64,000 nucleotides of DNA from Bugula neritina (Eukaryota > Animalia > Bryozoa): contig OZ037767.1 in the NCBI GenBank assembly GCA_964035545.1, positions 12,100,581-12,164,580 of the forward strand. The letters run 5' to 3'. Below are positions 26,925 to 63,336 of this stretch, piece after piece. Below the pieces are notes generated by a model that saw nothing but the letters and a program-made list of their open reading frames with translations, was not told the DNA's origin and searched no databases. Numbering within the stretch: the stretch's first letter is position 1; each line of letters starts with the position of its first letter. A program made the translations under genes and the position numbers.

Positions 26925-27099
26925 GAGGGAGCAGCCGTAGTCTAGAGGGTTAGAGCATTTGCTTAGTGAACATGAGGTCATGGGTTAGGAAGAGCATCCA
27001 GTCATAATTGCTCCCATTAGCATTAGCCCGATCTAACAAAAACCCCTTCCATCAGGGGCTTCTCACAGGGATAGTGACTATAAACTTGCGTGAGTTTTT
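26925..27099 (+). mobile_element. tRNA-derived SINE, copy 1 (B box deleted), with 18-bp target-site duplication
   Basis: Head ggagcagccgtagtctagagggtt (A box). Flanks aataagaggatatgattt (26907-24) and aataagagcatatgattt (27100-17). Aligns end to end with copy 2. Confidence 0.85.
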
Positions 27100-27520
27100 A
27101 ATAAGAGCATATGATTTAGAGAAGAAAGCCACTTGCTAAGAAGCACCAACAAAATACAGGTGATTGTTGTTCACTTTTATTATAAGAAATCTCATTTCTA
27201 TGTACAATTGAAACTTAGAATAATGCTATAACATAATTAGCACCATGTATTATTTTCAACACAGGTGTTGAGATTGATGACATTCCATATACAACCAAGT
27301 TCATAATAACAAAACTGCCATAATATTTATAATTTAAGTCAATGTTACTAAATACAGGATCATGGGTAAATTAAAAGAATATAATATTTCCAAATATTTA
27401 ATCAGTTCAGACTTTTATCAGTAAAAAATTAAAAGGTGGTATAATATAATTTGTACAGTAGAAAGGTTACATCATAAAACGGCGCTTTATGAAAGTGAAA
27501 CCAGACAGAAGCATGTCATA

Positions 27521-43831
<16,311 letters not shown>

Positions 43832-44949
43832 TCTGTTGTGAGTTCAGCTGCTCAATAATAAAAATAACAGTTTTAATAAAGCACGCAGCTCATTATAGCC
43901 GTACCGACAATGCTAGAGATGATGCAGCCATCATTAACAATATTTATTGAGTTTATACAATCATATATTTGTTCATTTTTTATCAACAACCTAAAAGGTA
44001 AAAACAAATGGACTGCTTTCTCAACAAAGCTTTTACAACGCTGGACAACATAAAATCCATTTTGTACAATGCATTGATGTTAAAAATCAACACTAGCAGT
44101 TGCAAAGCAAATATATGCAAAACTTATGTAAGTGAAAGTGGAGTTACAAAACAAATTTATTAGCTCAAGTTTATTTCAATTGTTTTTTATAAATTTGGAT
44201 TTCGTGGCAGGTTAAAATCTCATGAGAACATAGCTTTTTTGTGATATTTTCCATCTAGAACAAAATCCTTTTTAAATTTACCCTTTACTGCACACATCTT
44301 AATTCCATAATTTACTGCATAACCATTATAATAATTGATACTCATACGGATTCATTTGTATGAGTGTATTTTCACCGTACTGTTTATTAAGCAGTGCTTA
44401 AATATCAAATCATAAAGTGAAATTAAAACGACTAACAATAACAGGATTAAAAATACGATTATGAATATATTTATGATGATATAAATAATTCTAAAAATTT
44501 ATTTCAAAATAAAAATACTATTGATAATACTATAATTATTGATAAATGAAACAATCAAATAATAGCAATACATAGCTTTTACATTTAAATTCGCTTTGAG
44601 AATGCAAAATAAAATTATAATGACCATTATGAATATCAAGATATTCATAATTAACATATGTGCAACAGAGCAATAATTAATTATTATTAAAATTATTAAA
44701 TTTAACAATGTATTATTATAAAAAAACAATAATATTATGATTATTACTATGATTATGAATAAGTAAAGTAATTAAATTCAATTAAGTTAAAATTAATAGG
44801 TCTGTAACTATTGCATTTACTGCTGGTGTGACTCTCACTCTGACTTAGAGTTGTGAGTGTGTAACTGCAGGTGTAACTCAAACTATCTTTCAAACCGTAT
44901 TTAATTTTAGCAAACTTTGATTTATTTATTCTCAATAATTATAATTATA

Positions 44950-47900
44950 ATACCAACAGTAACAGCAAACGTTATAGTAATACTATTAGTATTGCTAATA
45001 CTAATAGTAATACTACTAGTAATACTTATACTATAATATTAATTAACAATACTAATAGTAATTAATACTAATAGTAATACTAATAGTAATACTAATAGTA
45101 TTAGTAATAGTAATCTACTTACCTGACAGACACTGAGAGTCAGAGTAACCTACTCCTATGACTACTGCTAGCCCCAGAGCTAGTCCTACTCCTAGAAGTA
45201 AGTAGACCTATGGCTATGAGTATGACTATGAGTATGAGTATGGGCTATGACTTATGAGCATGAGTATGAGTATGGGCTATGACTATGAGTATCAGTATGA
45301 CTATCACTATGAGTATCAGTATGACTATGAGTAGTATGAGTACAGAGTATCATTATCACTAATGTATCAGTATGAGTATGCCGATGTAAATCACTATAAG
45401 TTATAAGTTTGATAAGTTTTTCATCTTCATCTTGTGTCTCTAAGTGACTTATTTTTGGAATAACCTGAAAAATAATAAACATACTTTGAAAAATTTTTTG
45501 TGATAGAACACACTAATTTCCCTTTATCCAGACATGTATTTTTTATGCTATTTTGCTCATTTTTGAAAACATTATGATTATTTACTATAACCATTAGTAT
45601 AACTATAACTATAAGTATTAGTATTACTATTAGTATTAGTATTACTACTAGTACTATTAGTATTAGTATTAGTATTACTATAAGTATTAGTATAAGTATT
45701 AGTATAACTATTAATTAGTATTAGGTATTGTTATTAATGTTATAGATATTTTCATGCAAAAAAATTGACAGTTTAAGCTCTGGTACTGCGTTTGATGCTG
45801 GTTTTACTTTGTGATTACATCAATATGAAAATAAATATAAAACTATAACAATATGAATATCAATATGAACATGATCAACATGAGTCTGAGTACAAGCACT
45901 CCAGTAGCAGGACCGAAGCGGAAAATTGTGACAAATTACGGAGCTTGAGTCGCCACATGCGGCAATTCTTGAATATAATAATATTATTATATTTTTATGG
46001 TAGGTTTGCTTTTGCTCGCTAAGTTCCCACTTGTACATAATTATTATTTGCCGAATAGCCTGAACAGGAACTTTCGGCTAGTCAAAAGCGCCGTCGACCA
46101 AATTGATGGTCTTTTCAATAAGAGGAAACTAATTTTGTCCAGCAAATTGTAGACGAAGTAACCGCAATCGCAATGCCAATGGTATTTCCCAAATTAAATC
46201 AGTAAATTATCCTAGGTCTAGTAGAGTCCGTTTGGGCAGCCAGGAAAGGTGTTAATATTTTGTTACTCTTTTTTACTGGCAGTATTGCCATTGGTAAAAA
46301 CTAAAAGTCTATTACTATTAGACTTACTAGAGACCATTCTCATTCTGATTCTGATTTTGATTCTCATACCGCATAGCCGCATAGGCCATAGTGATAGTGA
46401 TATTCATACTTAATCTTATACTTATAGTTATAGTAATAGTGATAGTCATAGTCATGGCTCATGCTAATACTCATAAGTCTTAAGTCATTAAACTCAAACT
46501 AAGTCATACTCATAGAGTTAACATTAAACAATTACTGATTACGGTTACCATACAGTAGTAATTACTATTAGTATAAGTATTACTATTAGACTTACTCTTA
46601 CTCTTAGTATTACAATTTACATTTCGCCTTTTCAGGCTTTTGATTTTAAAAATTAAATGTAATCATTATGACTGTCAGTATCACTATAGTCATACTGATA
46701 CAGATACTCATAGTCATAGTGAAACTGGTAGTCAATGTCATACTCGTACTGATACTCATGCTCATACTGATACTGATAGTGATAGTGAATCTGATACTGG
46801 GAGCAATTGACTCTCACATAATGATGATGATTATCATTATAAGTTTGAGTATAAGTATAAGTATAATTGAGACATAAGTATAATATTAATAATAGTTGTC
46901 GTTATCACTCTATGATGAATTATACTATGACCTTCATAAATTGTCATTATGAATATTGTACTCATAGTCATCGGATAGTTTATCGCATACTATAGAGTTA
47001 TAGTGATACTGATAAGTAGTAGTCATTAATGCCGATACTGACAGTATTAGTAGTCACTATGAAATATGAAGAAGTATTAACTGTAAGTTTCAGCATTATT
47101 ATTAATATAATAATAATACTCATAGGCATGCTGATATTTTAACTCATACTCATAGTTAAACTACTACTTGTACTAATACCTCAAGCCACTTGCAGTTGTA
47201 TAATGCTTATGGGGATACTAATAGTAAACTAATACTAATATTGCTAATAGCTGCTAATACAGTAATACTAATACTAATACTTATACTATCATTATTAGTA
47301 TGACTATCACTATTAATTCATCATTGACTATAAGTATCCTTATGACTATGAAATTAAATGAGTGTCGTGCATGATTTAGACTGTCATAATCAATATCATT
47401 CACCATTATGATCATGAATGTAACGCCCATTGGTAGTAAATAATTATCTGCATGATACTCATGGTCATGCTAATAATAATACTTGCAGTTGCATAATATT
47501 AATACTATAACCATGAGTATGACTATCATTGAGTATAGGTATCCGAATGTGGGTATGAGTTTCACTTTTGTAATATAATTAACTAATTTATCAATTATGC
47601 TTTATATTTTTTAGTGATAGTAACTAGTGACTGTGAGTGACTAACTACTATCTGTCATAGTCACACTATAGTGATACCCATATTCATACTGACTGTTACT
47701 GGTATCATTACTCAGTTATTGTATTACTATCAGTATGAGTGTCTCTAGCTTTTATTACCTTCATACTGCTAGTGATTATAAATCATTATTGATATCATGT
47801 TTTAAATTATAAATTATAGTCATAATTGTAGTTCAATAAATATCAATACTTGTGCTGCCAGATTCGTATTGTGTTGAGTTTAATCATGTATAAAACTAAT

Positions 47901-48000
47901 AAACTTTGAGTTTTATAACCACAATTTTAACTATAACTCTTCGCAATACTAAATAACTAATAGTTATAGTAGTAGTTATAGTATTTATATTATAAGGCTA
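44950..48000. repeat. Degenerate hexamer-periodic tracts between the INTS5 and Rab9 5' ends, interrupted by a complex island at about 45880-46260
   Basis: Runs of actaat/agtaat, tatgag/tatgac and catact/gatact/catagt. Confidence 0.8.
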
Positions 48001-49781
48001 GGTTTAACTAATATTTTCATTATCAATTAATATAGTAATATGCCCATTTTGGTATTCATAGTGAAATTTACTTCAGTCTTCTATTAGTATTGGATTTAAA
48101 TAGTTTTTTTATTCTACAGCCATTAACATTTCTATATTTTATATATCAGAAAATTTTCCATCTTGATCGTGAGGTTTAGGTATAGGTACTCATCAGACAG
48201 AAGTTAGCATAAGCCAGGTGGCAGCCAGGTGGCAGCTAGGCCTAGTCAATCAAGGCTTCTATTATTATGGTCGCCAAGTTGGTTTAGGGCTTGTTTAATC
48301 GGGTATTTTGATGGTGCTCCCCAAACAGCCAAGCTTATCGCATACACAAGTCTCTGTTGCTCCCAGATAAATTATACCAGTTCGCGTGTATCAAATCAAT
48401 GGTATTGAATTTCTACAACACTAAGCAATTTGTTTCATTTGAAAGACAATGTTAGTATATTTAAAGCACTGAATGGACTGTAAAGGGAAAATCTCAGCAA
48501 ATTTCAAAAAGTTAGCAGACAGCATTTTATTCAATGAAAAGTGTCATTTTGATCAAGCAAGCTTCTACAAAACAACTAACGTGAAGTTTTACTAAATGGA
48601 GTAGTTATTAGATCCACAATAAAGAAGAGAACTTTCAAAATATGTTTACAGCAGCTTCATGTTTCACCCAGTCCTTACGATAATGTTAGCACAGTAATAA
48701 CACTATTTACAAACATTAAAGTTATAATCACACAAAACTTGACCAGAATGAGTGAGACCGAAGATTATTAACGAATGAGGCTTACACTCTGTGTTTTTTC
48801 TAGTACCTATGTGCTAAACTAAAATTATGTAAGTCAGTAAAGAATGGAAAGACACGAAACTGATAAATACTGCAAGTACGAGTATTATAAATAATATTCA
48901 CAGTTACTAGCTTGGTTTTACTTTTAAATTTAACATTCATGTTTTTCGCGTTGAAAGTATATTCATTATTGTTATAACACTATCAAATTACTAGTAAAAT
49001 CTAGAATTAAAGGTGTTAAAAAATTTTAGATGCTTGCAAAAAGTAAAATGTGCAGTATTTTTTATTGAAAAACCAGTTAAACTGAAGACAGGTATGTAGT
49101 TGGAAAAGATGTTGAAACCACTACTTTTCTGATTGATTGATCTGATTGAAAGTGTGTAGTAAATTTGCATTTTTATTGTCATTGAAGGTAACAGTATTAA
49201 AAATATTGTTCATTGTATCAAGTTAAGAAAATTGTTGTTTTGAATATAGTTCAAATATAACAGAAAATATTGTTCTATGAGTTGTTTGTATTGGGAATTT
49301 TAATCAGTTTCATATTTTTATATAATTCCATTAGATTGTCTAGCTAAGCTAAGTTGATGATTGAATTAATATGACAAAGCTTAAAATAGTGACATTGATT
49401 ATACAAATAAAGTTGCAAACCAAAGATTTACAGCAGATTTACTATCATACAAACCATTTCAGTCTCAGTAGGCCTAGTTAAAGTGAAAAGCGTAGATTTT
49501 TCAGTCAAATATAGTGTAAGTATTTTTTTATTTCTATGTTAGGTGAAGCAAAAATTAAAATGTTGACACTGCAGCTGATGCTGGCATTGGTAGACTGAGT
49601 AATTTTTGGAGGTAAATAGAACTACAATTTATGCCTTCAGTTGAATTTAGTTGTTTTCTCCATTGTGTTACAATAAGTAGGGTATATATTTTTTCATTTA
49701 GTATGATGCTCTGCATTTAAATATAAGTCATCCATTATGATAAAATGTTTCAGTAATTTTTTATTAATTATTAAAGCAAAG

Positions 49782-49899
<118 letters not shown>

Positions 49900-50023
49900 A
49901 GATAATATCCAACTTAGGTGGCGGATGTCTATATAGTACCTACTTATGTGGCATCATAAACCTAGGTGGTGCCTATAATACCACTTGAATTAGTTTTCTC
50001 AAAAATATTCTAAATGGTTCCCA

Positions 50024-50503
50024 AATATAAGTAAATAATTAGCCCTTCAATGTAAACTTGTCAAGCACATTCACAGAATTAAAGGTTTGAAGTATTGATT
50101 GCATGAGGTCAAGAAGACACAAAGTTTCAGCTCAGAATTTGTGGATTTAAAGTTTGGTGCAGCAGCTTTTCAATTAAATTTAAAAAAGCTTTGTTTTTTA
50201 GAAATAGTTTCAGGATGTAAATAAACCTAAGCATTCTCATTATGCCAACGTAAATAAATAAGTAAATATATATATATATATATATTTATTTATTTATTTA
50301 CGTTGGCATAATTGATAATTATTTCGGAAAAACAAAGCCTTTTTTGAATTTAATTGAAAAGCTGCTGCACCAAACTTTAAATCCACAAACTCTGAGCTGA
50401 AAATTTGTGTCTTCTTGACCTCATGCAATCAATACTTCAAACCTTTAATTCTGTGAATGTGCTTGACAAGTTTACATTGAAGAGCTAATTATTTACTTAT
50501 ATT
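50024..50503. mobile_element. Fold-back / MITE-like long inverted repeat (arms about 185 bp) with an inner palindrome
   Basis: 50024-~50209 is the reverse complement of ~50317-50503 with few mismatches; inner attatgccaacgtaaa...(TA)n...tttacgttggcataat at 50239-50311. Confidence 0.8.
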
Positions 50504-50704
50504 AAAGGTTTGTTGGCTAATGATGACTAACTAGCAATGATTCTATAAACAATGATTAGAACAGTCCTTGCTCATTCTGCTAGCAATGTTGCAGTTGATA
50601 AAATGCTTACATTCATTTAAACTTGATTCAAGACGATGTTGAATTGATTTGTTGCTCAAGTAAGGCATTTAGTATATCTCAATTTGAGATTCTTGAACAG
50701 TTAG

Positions 50705-50918
50705 AAAAAGCTCACGCAAGTTTATAGTTGCTATCCCTGTGAGAAACCCCTGATAGAAAGAGTTTTGTTAAATCGAGCTAAGGACATGTTCAAATGAATC
50801 ACAGGAGCAATTATTGCTGGATGCTCTTCCTAACATCACCAATGGCCTTTGTTGGGTTCGAACCCATGACTTCGTGCTCACTAAGCAAATGCGCTAACCT
50901 CTAGACTACGGCTGCTCC
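50705..50918 (-). mobile_element. tRNA-derived SINE, copy 2 (A and B boxes intact)
   Basis: Reverse complement reads ggagcagccgtagtctagaggttagcgca...gggttcgaaccc...aggaagagcatccag...ctcacagggatagcaactataaacttgcgtgagcttttt. Confidence 0.88.
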
Positions 50919-51426
50919 TAGTTAGGTTAGCATCCAAAAGAACTAGTTAATGTCTCTAGGCTCTATTATACTAAATCAATGTGTAATAGTAACGACTCAT
51001 CTAGCCTAATAATCCTAATAGTGAAATCAACAGATTACGGTTTATGAAATATTGGAAGATTGGCAGCAAACCATTCCAAGTCTTTGACTCAAGTCAGTCA
51101 AATTAGCAAACTGACAACTTGAATCAGCAAATCTTGTGTAGATGTTTTTATCAGCTTTTGTTTTCATGTGATTTTATTTCTACTCATATTGTGAACTCAA
51201 GTTAGGTTGTGCTTGCTGTTATCGTGATGAGTTATATATTATGTGTCTATCCTGAATTTCTTACTTTGGTTTTGTTGTATAATAGTTTCACTGAGCAAAG
51301 TGTTTTGAGTGGGATGTACACATGTGTATGAATATATATTATTGTAGAGTCGAGATACACACGTGGATGAATATATAGTATAGAGTTGATGTGTATGCAT
51401 ATATATTGTAGAGTTGAGGTACGCTC

Positions 51427-54400
51427 ATGTCTGTCTCAATCAACATGAACCGCAGCCCTAAAGGGCGGTTGCTGAAAGTAGTTCTGCTAGGTGATGGTAA
51501 GGTTGGCAAGTCTTCACTCATGAACAGATATGTTAGCAATAAGTTTGATGCCCATTCCTTTCATACTATTGGCGTGGAGTTCCTCAACAAGGAAGTTACA
51601 GTAGATGATATTAGTTACACAATACAGGTATACTGAATAGTACACAGTATATTAGGTTAGCTCTATAGCCTAGGTTTCTACTGTGAATAATATTCAGCCA
51701 ATGGTATTGTCTTGTCTCAACAACTTTTACATGTTAAACTATGCATATTCTGTCTGAAAGTTTGGGTGGTTAAGCTAAGTTTTCAATGCTAACCTCTGAA
51801 GGGCTCAAACCTCGCCAACTGTGTGTTGGTTTTATCTTCTAGTCAGTATTTATCTAATACTTAGATGTACATTTTATCACATGTTATGTGGGGCTGCTAT
51901 TCATATTGTGCATTGTATAGTAGTGGTTGTAGCCGGTGTGTATTAGTATATATAACCAGTATATATAATATATAGTAGCATATATCAGAGTAGCTTATGT
52001 AAACACCATGTGACTCCGGTGCAAAGTCTGACTCACAAATATAACATAATTTAGATAATAGTATCTCAGTCATTACTCAGTGTACTCTTCAATATCGTGC
52101 TAATCATGACACCCACGTTCAGTGATGGCTGTTTCTCTAAAAACAGTCAATGCTGCATATTTTCATGCTCTAACATCCTTTTATACCATAGCAATCATAG
52201 CTGTGTTCTCAATCCATATAAACTATCCATATCATATATCTGTGTACACAAGGGTTAGACTAAGGAGATTTTACGAGCTCCATTTTCAAGGGGAATAGTG
52301 TGCTCACAATTCGTTGAGTAAAGTACTGTGTAACATCAAATTAAAGAAATTGACCTTAAACCCAAAATTATATTTAGTAGAATTGTTACAAACTGGAAAT
52401 GAGAATTAGTTAGCTATTTTTCTGATAGTATTGTGGTGTGTACCTGCCACTAGGTGCACCTTCACAGTTTTAGGAGTTGTCTCATACTAAGAATTATAGT
52501 TTCTCTTCTTTACATTTTAAAGATTTTAGAACTAGTTGAAATCACTTTTGAATAATCAAAGAAATTTCTGAAACATTGGTTAGCATATCTGTATATTATT
52601 TGCTTTAGTTTTGGCATGTCCTTATTAGGAAATAATTGAAGAAAAAATAGTAACTACAGATTTAAAAAGTCTCTTGAAATACGAAGCTAACCCCATTGCT
52701 AAATTTGTTTTGTAATACTAGTAATAGTATAATATGTTACTAGTAATAGTATAATATATTACTAGTAATAGTTTAGTATAATAATAGTGATAGTTTAATA
52801 TAATAATAGTAATAGCTTAATATAATAATAGTAATTGTTCATATGCTTGGGATCACAATCAGTTCAATTACTTTAAAGAAAATAAAATTCAAATTTGGAA
52901 GATTATGGGTGGAAATGTGGTAATAGTTCTATCATGGTAGTGCTGTATCTCACAGAGTACTTTTTTCCGTCACTGACTTCAGCTTGTACACCCTGTTGCA
53001 GCTTCTTATTTCTCTCTCTCCGTCTACTCATCTACTATACCAACATATAACACAATTGATAATACAGACTGTGCAATAGAGCTGCTGATGTCAACTTTAT
53101 CTTATCTTCCAGATCTGGGATACTGCTGGCCAGGAGAGGTTTAAAAGCTTACGAACTCCTTTCTACAGGGGAAGTGACTGTTGCCTGCTCACCTTCAGCG
53201 TTGACGATGCACAATCATTTAGGAGTCTACAAAATTGGATGGACGAATTTCACTATTATGCAGAAATACCTGAAACGTCCTGTTTCCCTTTTTTAGTAAT
53301 TGGTAATAAAGTAAGTAATTTATGTTTAGCTTTTGGAGTTATCCCGCTAACCTTGAAATGGGGGGCAAACTCAACAATTGTCACTGGTGTCACTAGTATA
53401 CCATGTGTCATACTAGACTAGTGTCACTAGTACACCATGTGTCATACTAGACTAGTGTCACTAGTACACCATGTGTCATACTAGACTAGTGTCACTAGTA
53501 CACCATGTGTCATACTAGACTAGTGTCACTAGTACACTATGTGACATACTAGACTAGTGTCACTAGTTCATCATGTGTCATACTAGACTAGTGTCACTAG
53601 TACACCATGTGTCATACTAGACTAGTGTCACTAGTACACCATGTGTCATACTAGCTGTAGCTGACATACTGTAGCTAGTTTAACACTCGGGTGTTCCTTC
53701 ATTTAAGTAATGTATTTCTGCTGTGATTTTAGAATAAGGTTTCATAAAATATGAAGTACCAAACTAAGAGTCCTTGTTGTTACTCCTTTCATAAAACTAA
53801 GTTATAATAGAGTTTTAGTAGCAAAGTTGTAATGACAGAGTTATAGTAACAGAGTTATAATAACAGAGTTATAGTAACACAGCTATAGTAACAGAGTTAT
53901 AGTAACAGACTTATAGTAACACAGCTATAGTAACAGAGTTATAGTAACACAGTTATAGTGACACAGTTATAGTAACAGACTTATAGTAACACAGCTATAG
54001 TAACACAGTTATAGTAACACAGCTATAGTAACACAGTTATAGTAACAGAGTTATAATAACAGACTTATATTAACAGAGTTATAGTAACACAGTTATAGTA
54101 ACACAGCTATAGTAACACAGTTATAGTAACACAGTTATAGTAACAGACTTATAGTAACAGACTTATAGTAACACAGTTATAGTAACACAGTTATAGTAAC
54201 ACAGTTATAGTAACAGAGTTATAAACTACTCACTACTGCTGGTTTATTTTCAGGTTGATCTCCCCAGTCGAGTCATTTCTTTTGATGAAGCTCAACTTTG
54301 GTGTAGAGAGAGAAATCTTCCATACTTTGAAACTTCTGCTAAGGACAATACTAACGTAGAACTAGCATTCATATCTGCTGTCAAACAGTTTAAAGAAATG

Positions 54401-54487
54401 GAGGGAAAATTTGACACTGCAAAACGGCCTACAGGGGAGATCATAAATCTGCGTGCAAAAAAGTCTGACAGTGGCGGATGTTGTTAG
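51427..54487 (+). CDS. RAB9: Rab9 small GTPase; exons 51427-51627, 53113-53310, 54254-54487 (start may instead be the ATG at 51445)
   Basis: GDGKVGKS, Rab9-type FHTIGVEFLNK, WDTAGQERFKSLRTPFYRGSDCCLL, GNKVD, ETSAK, C-terminal GGCC prenylation motif; AATAAA near 54797. Confidence 0.95.
53387..53654. repeat. 34-bp minisatellite, about 8 copies, in Rab9 intron 2
   Basis: Unit gtgtcactagtacaccatgtgtcatactagacta. Confidence 0.96.
53806..54224. repeat. 14-bp minisatellite, about 29 copies, ending shortly before the Rab9 exon 3 acceptor
   Basis: Unit acaSagttatagta. Confidence 0.96.
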
Positions 54488-56158
54488 ACTGTGATTTTAG
54501 GAAAGCAAGGGCCCACTTGATGAGATATCCTGATTGTGTACATACATAAGGTCTGAGACTCATGGAATGCAGGCTAGAAGTATTCATTTTTTGTAAACTG
54601 GACAACCGGTGAATGAGATAGCCTCCGTGAATTTCCCTGTTTTTATGACTTGTAATTTAACTTTTTTTAAAATATTTCAACATTCTTGTAATTTATTACT
54701 TTATTGAAAATACCGCACTGTGCATATTTATAATATTGTTATTCTAATTGATTTTGTTTATTTAATGTGCTCAATACTTATTTGATCACCGCTGCAAATA
54801 AATTAAAGTTTTGATAGAAAAGTGACATATTTATCATCTCATAGTTGTATGTGGAGTTGTCTACTACCCGTCTAGCAACTGTAGGCAAGTTTCTACACAG
54901 AAACTCCTCCAATCTTTTCAATTAGTTACTAGTCAAGCATTTAACACATTTTGTTCTGAGGAATCATACAAAAAGTTCTCATTGATTGAGATTTTAGACT
55001 ACCGCACACTCCCACTTCCACTTGTGAGTAAATATATGTACAGCTGTACGCTGATAGAATCTACTGAACAACTACAGCAGTCCTACAAACACTACTGGTT
55101 CACAGGCTAACATCATGTTAACATGCACTGTAAAGCCTAAAGTTTTCAACTAAATTCTGATTTTTGACAGTATTCAATTTTAAATCAAATTCTTCTAAAT
55201 AAGTTTAAAGACAGCTTGTTATTGTGCGGAAAAATTAATATGCTGCATATTTCTGTTATTCTCCAGAGTGCATGCCAATGATTGCTTTACTAAAACCTTG
55301 AAGGGTGCATAACTCCTAATGAATAGTTGGTGTAGGATCTTTCTATTATATTCACCCTGAGTCAGTCTTTCAAATTCGTTGTTTCGTCATCTTCTCCACA
55401 TAAAGGACACCTGTATCAGCAGTAAGTGTGTGATATACTCATGTTATCATATGACTAGGTTTAATATACAGCCTAGGGTTTAATGTTACTTAAACTGAGT
55501 TGTTTGGCTTTTAAAATTAATTAATTGCCTTTTTGCTGTTAATCTCATGCATTTAATAATTCACATTATTGAAATATTAAGTAGTTGTGGCAGTGTTTGA
55601 CTGGAAGTAGATTCAATGTAATACCTACTTTAGACTTGCATTTTTATTCAGATAGCTAAAGACTGGTAGAAGTATCAAAGTTATTATTGCACTTGTGCAT
55701 ATGCATACGTACATTATCGGTGTATATATATATATATAGTAGCCTATACACATTATATAATTAGTAAGTTGTTTCTTGTGAAATTATCTACTAGGTCATA
55801 CGGGATTTTATCTTGATTATAACATAAAAAGTGAAACTACAGATGCTCACAAAAAACTGATATTACAAAAACATTGTGCAAGAAGTTGGCAAAGCCATTT
55901 GACAGTTTATATTATTATTTTTATGCTTAAACGTGTTTAAAACTTTATATAAGATAAAATATACAAAAATAGAAATGAATCTTAAACAAAGTTCATAGCT
56001 GCTTCCCTCAACCTAGTCAAAATTTGTCTTCATACCACCTAAAATTTCATATGCTGCTTTATGCCCTATAAGTTCAGTTAACAATAAATATTAGTACGCG
56101 ATATCAATTGATACTCTGCAACATCCCTGATGAGTGTCCTGGTGGCTTTCCATTATGA

Positions 56159-63080
<6,922 letters not shown>

Positions 63081-63258
63081 TTTCACTCCTTGAGCTTACA
63101 AGATCTTGAGTCAATGGTCAAACTATAAATTACAAAAGTCCAGATCTTCAGAGGCGACAAGTGATAACCATTATTGTCAGAGAGTAAGGTTATATTGGAC
63201 GTCTGTCTGAAGCTCATATGATATGCAGTATTATTAAACAGACAGTGAGCTACGCACT

Positions 63259-63336
63259 CTTCCTTCCCTTAGGTTACTCCTCCTTCCCTTAGGTTACTCC
63301 TCCTTCCCTTAGGTTACTCCTCCTTCCCTTAGGTTA
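63259..63336. repeat. 20-bp repeat, 4 copies, upstream of the stum start
   Basis: Unit tccttcccttaggttactcc. Confidence 0.93.

Noticed and set aside
50845-50918. tRNA gene
   Set aside because: A and B boxes are present but there is no closing acceptor stem, and the sequence continues into a body shared with the TSD-flanked copy, so it is a SINE head.
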